64,000 nt of DNA from positions 1,824,001 through 1,888,000 of the forward strand of contig CAVYRF010000001.1 in assembly GCA_963770895.1 (NCBI GenBank), written 5' to 3'. The position numbers and the translations under genes are program-made. This document shows, one piece after another, positions 29,634 to 37,903 of this stretch (the first letter of the stretch is position 1; every line of letters starts with the position of its first letter). Source of the stretch: an uncultured Acidobacteriota bacterium. GTDB lineage: Bacteria > Acidobacteriota > Thermoanaerobaculia > Multivoradales > UBA5704. Below the pieces are notes generated by a model. The model was not told the origin of the DNA and did not search any database. It saw only the letters and a list, made by a program, of their open reading frames with translations.

Positions 29634-31622
29634 TCAATCTCCTTGCAGGAAAACGGTCGTATCGTCGCATGGGCGCGCGGGCCTGGCGCCGGCGGGCGGT
29701 GACCTGTGGTCGGGGGCGCCGGTCGCGCCGATCGCGTTCATCGCGACGGTGGCGTCGATGGGGCCGGTCGCATCGTGCGCATCGGTCGCGTTGTGCATGG
29801 CGGCGAGGGGAAGGACGGCGCTGTGCCAGGTTGCCGGGCCGGCCTTGTCGATCGCATCGATCGCGTCGATCGCGTCGAGTTCACCGAGGGCGGCCAGGGC
29901 ACCAAGGGACGCCGGTTGTAGCGGCGGCCGCGCCGGATCGAGCTCGCTCCAGCCGAACCGATGTGCGAGCGCGGCGCCGCAAACGCGCCCCTGGCAGGCG
30001 CCCATGCCGGCACGCGTGTACAGCTTGGCCTGGCGCGGTGTCCAGGCGGCATCCAGGCGCCCCAGCGGCACGTCCTCGCAGCGGCACGCGAGCGTATCGG
30101 ACGTGGCGAGGTGGCGCAGGGCTTGCCGCGGCGCAAACGCCCGGTCGAGCGCGCCGGCCAGCTGCCGCTGCCGGTCGCGGCGACGGGCCAGGGCACGCAG
30201 GCGACGCGGTGCGGGCGGCTGCCCCGCTGCGCAAAGCCCGGCGATCTGGCCGCTGGCCAGAGCCAGGTCCAGGCCGCCGACGCCGGTAGCTTCGCCGGCG
30301 CAGTAGACGCCCGCGACGCTGGTCTGCTGCCGCCCGTCCACCTGCACGGATGGGGGAGTGCCGCCGGTCAGCTCACACCCGAGCAGGCGTGCCAGGCCAA
30401 GGTTGGGCAGCAGGCCGTAGGCGCAGGCCAGCACGTCGCACGCTTCCCGCCAGGTCTTGCGGCCGTCGGTCAGCACCACCTCGCGCACCGCCCCGGCGGC
30501 GCCCGCCGGAGCATCGCCGAAGCCGTCCGCCGGGAAGTCGCCGGCGCCGAGCCCCGGCTGCCTCCCGCCGCGATGCAGGTCCCCGCCCCTACCGGTCGCC
30601 GCCGCGACCCAGACGCCGGTCCGGTAAGGGGTGTGCCAAAACGCGGCGCGATACCGAGCGGCCTGCGCCAGCCGCCGCGGATGCCGCCACAGGCCGGCGG
30701 CAAATCGCGTCACGGCGCCGGCGGGCGCCTGCTCGGCGACCAAGACCAGCCGGGCGCCGGCGCGCGCCAGGCTGGCGGCGACCGGCAGCAGCAGCGGACC
30801 GGAGCCGGCGACGACGACCCGCAGGCCGCCAAAGCGGGCGCCGGACTTGAGCAGCGCCTGGGCGCCGCCGACGCCCACCACGTTGGGCAGCGTCCACCCC
30901 GGAAACGGCAGAAAAAGCTCGCGCGCTCCCGTGGCAAGGACGACCCTCGCGGCATGGATGCGCAGCGGCCGCCCGGCCCGCTCCGCCAGCAGGACCAGAC
31001 CCGGCGCCACGTCCAGCACCGCGGTGTCGCAGAGCGTGACCGCGCCGCTGGCCGCCAGCCGCCGGCACCACCGGCGCGCCAAGTCGGGCGCTGGCACCAG
31101 TGCGCGGCGCCAGATCTGTCCCCCTGGCGCCATCCCCTCGTCGAGCAGCAGGACGCTGGCGCCTGCCTCCGCCGCGCTACAGGCGGCCGCGATCCCGGCC
31201 GGCCCGGCGCCGATCACCACGACGTCCGCCCGCAGAGTGTCCACGGTGTTGGGAAATCGCTGCGCGCTGCATTCGCCGCGTGGCGCGGATGCCGCCGAAC
31301 CGGCCGCGCCGCTTGGTGGCACGGTACCGGCTTCACCGGTGTCGATGGTCATGCCGGGGGCGCAGCGGATCAGGCACGCGCGGCGGTGCGGCTGGCCGTC
31401 GATCGTGACGCGGCACTCGAAGCAGATCCCCATGCCACAGACGGGGCCTCTCGCTTCACCTGTGGCGGAGACACGGAACCGGTGGATGTCAGCGTTCCAC
31501 AACGCGGCGGCAACCGAGGCGCCGGGCTCGACGTCGACTTGGCGGCCATCGATGCGCACGGTGATCAAGCGATGAGAAACCGTCCCGGAGTCCATGTGTG
31601 TGCGCGGCCGACCGTGCCCCAT
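29634..31622 (-). CDS. Fused 2Fe-2S and FAD/NAD oxidoreductase (D-hydroxyproline dehydrogenase small plus large subunits)
   Basis: CGMGICFEC...C, GAGPAG, CRCEDV, GMGACQGRVCG. Confidence 0.8.
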   Translation of the reverse strand: MGHGRPRTHMDSGTVSHRLITVRIDGRQVDVEPGASVAAALWNADIHRFRVSATGEARGPVCGMGICFECRVTIDGQPHRRACLIRCAPGMTIDTGEAGTVPPSGAAGSAASAPRGECSAQRFPNTVDTLRADVVVIGAGPAGIAAACSAAEAGASVLLLDEGMAPGGQIWRRALVPAPDLARRWCRRLAASGAVTLCDTAVLDVAPGLVLLAERAGRPLRIHAARVVLATGARELFLPFPGWTLPNVVGVGGAQALLKSGARFGGLRVVVAGSGPLLLPVAASLARAGARLVLVAEQAPAGAVTRFAAGLWRHPRRLAQAARYRAAFWHTPYRTGVWVAAATGRGGDLHRGGRQPGLGAGDFPADGFGDAPAGAAGAVREVVLTDGRKTWREACDVLACAYGLLPNLGLARLLGCELTGGTPPSVQVDGRQQTSVAGVYCAGEATGVGGLDLALASGQIAGLCAAGQPPAPRRLRALARRRDRQRQLAGALDRAFAPRQALRHLATSDTLACRCEDVPLGRLDAAWTPRQAKLYTRAGMGACQGRVCGAALAHRFGWSELDPARPPLQPASLGALAALGELDAIDAIDAIDKAGPATWHSAVLPLAAMHNATDAHDATGPIDATVAMNAIGATGAPDHRSPPAGARPARPCDDTTVFLQGD

Positions 31623-31637
31623 CCCATCCTGCCGCGG

Positions 31638-32975
31638 TCAGGCCGGCGTGACGCTCGCCGGCGCCGACACTGGCGGCGGCTGCCGGGCGGCCGGCCGGTG
31701 CGGCGCGAAGGGCGCGCAGTCCAGGTGCGGCGGCCGGCCGGCGATCAGGCTGGTGAGCAGGTGGGCGGTGGCGAGGCTGGTGGTGATGCCCAGCCCCTCG
31801 TGCCCTCCGGCAATCCACACACCGGGCATTCCAGGCCAGGCGCCGATCAGCGGCAGGTTGCCCGGCGGCGCCGGACGAAAACCGGTCCAGGTGCGCAGCG
31901 CATGGACCTCGGCCAGAGCGGGCAGGAACGCGACGGCGCCCTGGATCATCCGCGCCAGCAGCGGGCGGTTCAGGCTGGCGTCCCAGCCGACCAGTTCGCG
32001 CGACGAGCCGATCAGGAGCTGTCCAGTGGTGCGCGGCTGGACGTTGAAGGCGACCGATCCGGCCGCGGGCGTGCGGCGTTGCGAGCCGCCGGCCTCCCCG
32101 GCCAATCCCGACTCGGCGCCGCCCGCCGCCCCTGCCACGGCCGCCGCGGGTGCCGCGTCGGCCGCCTCGGCCGCGGGGGCCGCCGCCCCGGCCGTGGGAG
32201 CGGTCGCCGGGTCGGCCGGTGCTTGCAAGGGAGCGGCACCCGCGGTGGCGCCACCGTGGGCGCTCTTCAGATACCCGAGCTCGATCAGCTGGTGGTGACA
32301 CAGGCCCGGATAGCGGTCGGTGATGACCAGGTGGCCCTTGCGCGGTGCGATCGGCAGGCCTGGCGTCAGGCGTGCCGCCGCGGCGCCGGCGGCGTTGACC
32401 ACGATGCCGGTGGCGATCCGCTCGCCGCGGATTTCGACCGTGCCGCTGTCGATGCCGAACGCGGGGGTGCCCTGGCGCAGCTCGGCGCCGTGGTCGGCGG
32501 CGCGCGCCAACAGGTGGCGGGCGGCGTTGGGCGGGTAGAGGACGCGATCGCCGGGCACGCGCAAGGCGCCGGCCAGTCCGCGGCGCAGGTGCGGTTCGGC
32601 CGCGGCCAGCGACGCCGCGTCCAGCACCTCGGCCGCGATGCCGTGCCGGCCGTACGTTGCGGCCTTGGCGCGCAGGGGCGCCATCTCGTCTTCGGTCGCT
32701 GCCAACCACAGGGTGCCGCACCGATCGTACTCGCAGTCGGCGGGCAGATCCGCGGCCATCTCCTCCCACAGGCGCAGCGACCAGGCGGTCAGGGCCAGCT
32801 GCGCCGCGCTGTCGTCCATCACCACCAGGTGGCCCATGGCGGCGGCGGTGGCGCCGCCGCCGGCAAAGCCCGCTTCGAGCACCAGCACGCGCAGGCCCTC
32901 GCGCGCCAGGGCGAGCGCGCAGGCGGCCCCCACGATGCCGGCGCCCACCACCACGGCGTCCGGCCGCGGCGTCAC
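31638..32975 (-). CDS. lhpB: FAD-dependent D-amino acid oxidase-family subunit (D-Hyp dehydrogenase)
   Basis: GAGIVG, PRKGHL, WTGFRP, GHEGLGITT. Confidence 0.8.
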   Translation of the reverse strand: MTPRPDAVVVGAGIVGAACALALAREGLRVLVLEAGFAGGGATAAAMGHLVVMDDSAAQLALTAWSLRLWEEMAADLPADCEYDRCGTLWLAATEDEMAPLRAKAATYGRHGIAAEVLDAASLAAAEPHLRRGLAGALRVPGDRVLYPPNAARHLLARAADHGAELRQGTPAFGIDSGTVEIRGERIATGIVVNAAGAAAARLTPGLPIAPRKGHLVITDRYPGLCHHQLIELGYLKSAHGGATAGAAPLQAPADPATAPTAGAAAPAAEAADAAPAAAVAGAAGGAESGLAGEAGGSQRRTPAAGSVAFNVQPRTTGQLLIGSSRELVGWDASLNRPLLARMIQGAVAFLPALAEVHALRTWTGFRPAPPGNLPLIGAWPGMPGVWIAGGHEGLGITTSLATAHLLTSLIAGRPPHLDCAPFAPHRPAARQPPPVSAPASVTPA

Positions 32976-34195
32976 GGTTCGGGGAAGCCCTCGCGAAAGG
33001 GGTCGTGCCGTTCGAAAATGAGCGTCGCCCGGCCGGTGATGTAGGCTCGGCCGCGGATGTGCGGCACCAGGCTGTCGCCTTCGCGGGTGAGCCAGGCGGT
33101 GAACAGGCCGCCGGCGATGCCCTCCTGCCGCCAGGGCCGCCCAAGCGCCAGCTGGCCGCGCTCGTGCAGCGCCGCCAGCATCGCCGAGGTGCCGGTGCCG
33201 CAGGGCGACCGATCGTAGGCGCCTCCCGGACAGAGCACGAAGTTGCGGCTGTCGGCGTGCGGCCCCGAGGGCGGCCCGACGATCTCGACGTGATCGATCT
33301 CGGCACCGGCTTGGCCGCGGATGCCGGCGGCGCCCAGCGCGGCGCGGATGCGGCTGGTGAAATCGGTCAGCGCGCCCAGGTGGTGCAGGCTGAAAGCCAT
33401 GCCGGCCAGGCTTTCGATGCGCACGATGAAGAACCAGTTGCCGCCGTACGCGACGTCGCCGAGGATGCGCCCCAGCCCGGGCACGTCGACGGCGACGTCG
33501 CGCGCATGGCAGCGCGCCGGCACGTTGACCACCGTGATCGCGCCAGCCATGCCGCCATCGCTGCCGGTCGGGTCCGTGCCTGAGTCGGCGGAGACTGCAT
33601 CCGCGCCGGGGGAGGCGCCGCTGGCCGCGGCGGCCCCGCCGTGGCGGCCTCGCCCCGCCTTGCCGCCAGCGGTGTCTCCGCCGCGCCGTCCACTGTCATC
33701 GCCGCCATCGCCGGCGTCACTACCATCGTAGGCGTCGCCGCTGGACCTCGCGCGCCCCGCCGGCGGCGCGGCGCGCGCGGCAGGGACCTCGGCTTCGACG
33801 GTGCCGGCAGGGGTGTCGATGCGGACGACCTGCGCGGCGGCCGCCGTGCTGTCGCGGACCTCCGGCAGGCGCCCCAGGAACGCCAGGGTGCGGACGACGC
33901 CGATCAGGCCGTGGCCGCACATGCCGAGGTAGCCGCCGTTGTCGAAGAAGACGACGCCGGCCTGCGAGCCGCGCTCGACGGGCGGCGTGAGCAGGGCGCC
34001 GACCATGGCGCCGTGGCCGCGCGGCTCGCACACCACGGCGCGCCGCAGCTCGTCGTGGCGGCGGCGCAGCTGCTCGCGGCGTTCGGCCATGGTGGCGCCC
34101 GCCACCTGGCCCCAGCCGCCGACGATGACGCGGGTGGGCTCGCCTTCGGTGTGCGAGTCGACGACGTCGACGCTGGCGGGCAGCCCCATCGTCAC
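32972..34195 (-). CDS. lhpA: 4-hydroxyproline 2-epimerase / proline racemase family
   Basis: DSHTEGEPTR, YLGMCGH, NFVLCPG.AYDRSPCGTG. Confidence 0.88.
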   Translation of the reverse strand: MTMGLPASVDVVDSHTEGEPTRVIVGGWGQVAGATMAERREQLRRRHDELRRAVVCEPRGHGAMVGALLTPPVERGSQAGVVFFDNGGYLGMCGHGLIGVVRTLAFLGRLPEVRDSTAAAAQVVRIDTPAGTVEAEVPAARAAPPAGRARSSGDAYDGSDAGDGGDDSGRRGGDTAGGKAGRGRHGGAAAASGASPGADAVSADSGTDPTGSDGGMAGAITVVNVPARCHARDVAVDVPGLGRILGDVAYGGNWFFIVRIESLAGMAFSLHHLGALTDFTSRIRAALGAAGIRGQAGAEIDHVEIVGPPSGPHADSRNFVLCPGGAYDRSPCGTGTSAMLAALHERGQLALGRPWRQEGIAGGLFTAWLTREGDSLVPHIRGRAYITGRATLIFERHDPFREGFPEP

Positions 34196-34199
34196 GCCC

Positions 34200-35690
34200 T
34201 CACGCCTGGATCTGCACCGTCTTGATCTCGGTATAGAAGTCGCGCGCCGCCCGCCCCTGCTCGCGGCTGCCGGAGCTGGAGCCCTTGAAGCCGCCGAACG
34301 GCGCGTGCGGGTCGACGCCGGTGGTGTCGCCGTTGACGCGCACCAGGCCGGCGTCGATGCGCCGGATGTACGCCAGGACGCCCGCCAGGTCGCGCGTGAA
34401 CAGCGCGGCGCTCAGACCGTAGGAAGTCCGGTTGGCCAGCGCGATGGCGTGCTCCAGGTCGTCGGCGGCAAGGACGGCGAGCACCGGCCCGAACAGCTCG
34501 TCGCGCGCCACCGCGGCATCCGGCGCCACATCGGCCAGCACCGTCGGCGAGAAGTAGTAGCCGCGCGCCAGGCGCGGGTCGGCGGCCGCCGCGCCACCGC
34601 CACCGCCGGCGGCGGCGCCGCCGCCGACCACGATGCGCGCATCGGCAGCCGCGGCGGCCACCGCCTGCCGCACCCGCTGCAGCGCCGCCTCCTCGATCAA
34701 CGGCCCGATCGCCGCCGCCGGATCGTCCACCGGTCCCAGCGGCAGCGCTTCCACCTGCGCCCGCAGCCGCGCCAGGAAGGGCTCGGCGACCTGGTTTGCC
34801 ACCACCACCCGGCTGGTGGCGGTGCACTTCTGCCCGGCGTAGCGCATCGCGCCGCCCGCCACCAGCGCGGCGGCAAGGTCCAGGTCGGCGTCGGGCAGCA
34901 CGATCGCCACGTTCTTGCCGCCCATCTCGGTCTGGAAGCGGATGTTGCGCGCCGCCGCCAGCGCCGCGACGCGCGCGCCCACCGCGGCCGAGCCGGTGAA
35001 GCTGACCGCCGCCACGCGCGGGTCGGCCAGCAGCGGGCCGGCGGCGCCCTCGCCGTCGCCCAGCAGCACGTTGAACACCCCCGCCGGCAGCCCCGCCGCG
35101 ACGGCCGTCTCGGCGAGCAGCAGCGCCGCCCGCGGCGACCGCTCGGACGGCTTGAGCACCACGGTGTTGCCGAAAGCCAGCGCCGGCGCCGCTTTCCACA
35201 GCGGGATCGCCGCCGGGAAGTTCCACGGCGTGATCAGCGCCACGACGCCGAGCGGCTGGCGCAGAGTGAACTGCAGCGCCCCCGCCGCCTGCGCCGGGAT
35301 CACCTCGCCGATTTCGCGCACCGCCTCGCCGGCGTAGTAGCGCAGGATGGCGACGCACCGCGCCGCCTCGCCGCGCGCTTCGGCGATCGGCTTGCCGACC
35401 TCGCGCGTCATCGCCTGTGCCAGCTCTTCGTGGCGGGCGCGCACGGCTTCGGCCCAGCGATACAGGTGCTCGGCGCGCGCCGGTCCGCTGACGCCGCGCC
35501 ACGCGCCCAGGGCATCCGCCGCCGCCGCCACCGCCGCCGCCGCCTGGGCGGCGGAACCGCGCGGCACCTCGCCCAGGATGTCGTCGGGCTCGGAGGGATT
35601 GCGGTCCAGCAGCGCCGGCCCATCGTCCGGCGCCGCAAAGGCGCCGCCGATGAAGCTGGCGAACCGTACCGGCCGGGCGCCCGAGGTCAT
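34200..35690 (-). CDS. Aldehyde dehydrogenase (probable alpha-ketoglutaric semialdehyde dehydrogenase)
   Basis: ITPWNFP, FTGS, EMGGKN, GQKCTA, ELFGP. Confidence 0.88.
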   Translation of the reverse strand: MTSGARPVRFASFIGGAFAAPDDGPALLDRNPSEPDDILGEVPRGSAAQAAAAVAAAADALGAWRGVSGPARAEHLYRWAEAVRARHEELAQAMTREVGKPIAEARGEAARCVAILRYYAGEAVREIGEVIPAQAAGALQFTLRQPLGVVALITPWNFPAAIPLWKAAPALAFGNTVVLKPSERSPRAALLLAETAVAAGLPAGVFNVLLGDGEGAAGPLLADPRVAAVSFTGSAAVGARVAALAAARNIRFQTEMGGKNVAIVLPDADLDLAAALVAGGAMRYAGQKCTATSRVVVANQVAEPFLARLRAQVEALPLGPVDDPAAAIGPLIEEAALQRVRQAVAAAAADARIVVGGGAAAGGGGGAAAADPRLARGYYFSPTVLADVAPDAAVARDELFGPVLAVLAADDLEHAIALANRTSYGLSAALFTRDLAGVLAYIRRIDAGLVRVNGDTTGVDPHAPFGGFKGSSSGSREQGRAARDFYTEIKTVQIQA

Positions 35691-37774
35691 GGGCGCACCG
35701 CCCCCGTCGCCGCCGTCGCTCCCGCGCCTCCCGGTGCCGGCGTTGCGCCCACCGCCCCCGTCGCCCCCGAGCCCCCGGCCCCGCGTGCCCCCGCCGCCGC
35801 CGGTGCCGGCCCCGTTGCGGGCGCCGCGGGCGCCGCCTGCACCGCGGCGATGTAGGCGCGCACCTGGCGCTCCAGCAGCGGCAGGGTCACCGTGCCGTTG
35901 TGCAGCACCGCGTCGTGGAAGTCGCGCACGTCGAAGCGGTCGCCCAGCGCCGCTTCCGCCTCGTGGCGCAGCTCCTTGATCTTGAGCTCGCCCAGCTTGT
36001 ACGCCAGCGCCTGGCCCGGCCAGGAGATGTAGCGGTCCACCTCGGTTTCGATCTCGTGGTGCGACAGCGCGGTGTTGGCGGCCAGGAATTCAATGGCGCG
36101 CTCGCGGCTCCAACCCATGGCGTGGATGCCGGTGTCCACCACCAGCCGGCAGGCGCGCCACATCTCGTAGCTCAGGCGGCCGAAGTTGCTGTACGGGTCC
36201 TGGTAGAAGCCGGCTTCCAGGCCCAGCCACTCCGAATACAGCCCCCAGCCTTCGCCGAACGCGTCCACGTAGACGAAGCGCCGAAAATCGGGCAGGTCGC
36301 GCAGCTCCTGCTGCAGCGCCATCTGCAGGTGGTGGCCGGGCACCGCCTCGTGGAACGTCAGCGCCTCCAGGTTGTACAGCGGCCGGGTGTCCAGGGCATA
36401 GGTGTTGACCCAATAGGTGCCGGCGCGCCGGCCGTCCGCGGGCGCCGGGTCGTAGCGCCCGCCGGTGTACTTGGGGGCGATGTCCGCCGGCACCGGCGCG
36501 ATGCCGTAGGGCTGGCGCGGCAGCCGCTTGAACAGCGACGGGAGCTTGCCGTCCATGCGCTTGGCGATCAGCGCCGCGCGCTCCAGCAGCTCCTCGGCGG
36601 TGCGCGGATAGAAACGCGGGTCGGTGCGCAGGAACTCGAAGAACTGCGGCAGCGTGCGGTCGAAGCCGATCTGGCGCAGCACCGTCAGCATCTCGCCGTG
36701 GATGCGCTCCACCTCGCGCTCGCCCAGCGCGTGCACCGCCTCGGGCGTTAGGTCGAGCGTGGTGAAGTGGCGGACCAGGTAGGCGTACAGCTCGCGCCCG
36801 TTGGGCAGGTCGGCGGCGCTCACCGTGGCGCGCGCATGCGGCACGTATTCGTCGCGCATGAAGGCCAGGAACGTCCGGTATGCCGGCACCACCGCGTCGC
36901 GGATCGCGGCCTGCCCGTCCTGCCGCAACCGTACCCGCTCGCGCTCGGGCACGGCGTCGGGGAAATGCTCGAAGGGGTGCCAGAAGACGCTGGCCGACGG
37001 GTCTTCGACGACGTGCAGGGCGATCGCGTCGGTGTAGCCCTTGAGCACCACCCGCGGCAGCGTGTAGCCCGCGGCGATGCCGGCGCGCAGCAGCGCCGTC
37101 TGCTCGCCGGCGTAGACCGGAAAAGCGCGCAGCCGCGCGATGAAGTTGTCGTAGTCCTTGACCGTCGCAAACGGCATGTCGTCGGGCAGCCGCGCGAAAT
37201 CCGTATGGAAGCCGCCTTCCGCCGTGATCATCTGCAAATACGTCTTGAAGCCGTATTCGCTGATCTGATCGCTCAGCTGGCGCTCATACAGCTCGCAGCT
37301 CACCAGGTCCGCCTCGCCCAGCCGCGAGCGGTCGATCGCCCGCAGCTCCGTCAGCACCTGCCGCGCATGCTCGTCGCGTCGCGCCAGGTCCGCCGGCGCC
37401 ATCGCCGGCAGCCGGTCGTTGTACCGGTTGTCGCCGACCGCCGTCGCCCCCAGCGGGTCGTCCAGCAAACCGGCCTGCCACTCCCGCGCCAGCAGCGCTC
37501 GCAGCGCCGCCGCGGCGGCAGGATCGGCCGCACCTGCCGCCGGAGCCGCCATCTTCATGTCCTGTGGCGGCGCGGGCGACGCTGCCGGCGGGGCCGAAGA
37601 TGGGGTGGAGGAGACGGCGGTGGCCGAAGACGCAGGGGTGGAGGAGACGGCAGTTGCCGAAGAAGGTGAAGTCGCGGTGGCTGACACGGCGGCGGCCCGC
37701 AGCGGCGCGCCACCGGCCAGGCTCCACGCCGCCCCAAGGGCGCCCAGGATGCAGACCGAACGGATGATTTTCAT
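35687..37774 (-). CDS. DUF885-family secreted protein
   Basis: Signal peptide; HEAVPGHHLQ, EGWGLYSE, RLVVDTGIH, PGQALAYKLG. Confidence 0.9.
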   Translation of the reverse strand: MKIIRSVCILGALGAAWSLAGGAPLRAAAVSATATSPSSATAVSSTPASSATAVSSTPSSAPPAASPAPPQDMKMAAPAAGAADPAAAAALRALLAREWQAGLLDDPLGATAVGDNRYNDRLPAMAPADLARRDEHARQVLTELRAIDRSRLGEADLVSCELYERQLSDQISEYGFKTYLQMITAEGGFHTDFARLPDDMPFATVKDYDNFIARLRAFPVYAGEQTALLRAGIAAGYTLPRVVLKGYTDAIALHVVEDPSASVFWHPFEHFPDAVPERERVRLRQDGQAAIRDAVVPAYRTFLAFMRDEYVPHARATVSAADLPNGRELYAYLVRHFTTLDLTPEAVHALGEREVERIHGEMLTVLRQIGFDRTLPQFFEFLRTDPRFYPRTAEELLERAALIAKRMDGKLPSLFKRLPRQPYGIAPVPADIAPKYTGGRYDPAPADGRRAGTYWVNTYALDTRPLYNLEALTFHEAVPGHHLQMALQQELRDLPDFRRFVYVDAFGEGWGLYSEWLGLEAGFYQDPYSNFGRLSYEMWRACRLVVDTGIHAMGWSRERAIEFLAANTALSHHEIETEVDRYISWPGQALAYKLGELKIKELRHEAEAALGDRFDVRDFHDAVLHNGTVTLPLLERQVRAYIAAVQAAPAAPATGPAPAAAGARGAGGSGATGAVGATPAPGGAGATAATGAVRP

Positions 37775-37903
37775 GGCTGAGTCGCGAGGATAGCACCGGC
37801 CGAGCCGCCGCCGTCAATGCGCGCCGCAACCGCGGCGGGTGCGGCGCCCGGCGGCGGCCGGGCGCTATGATACGGAGGCTCGCTTGAGGAGGGAGGTCGC
37901 ACG

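Noticed and set aside
29634-32975. Hydrogen cyanide synthase HcnABC
   Set aside because: Same families, but the flanking epimerase, deaminase and ALDH indicate hydroxyproline catabolism.
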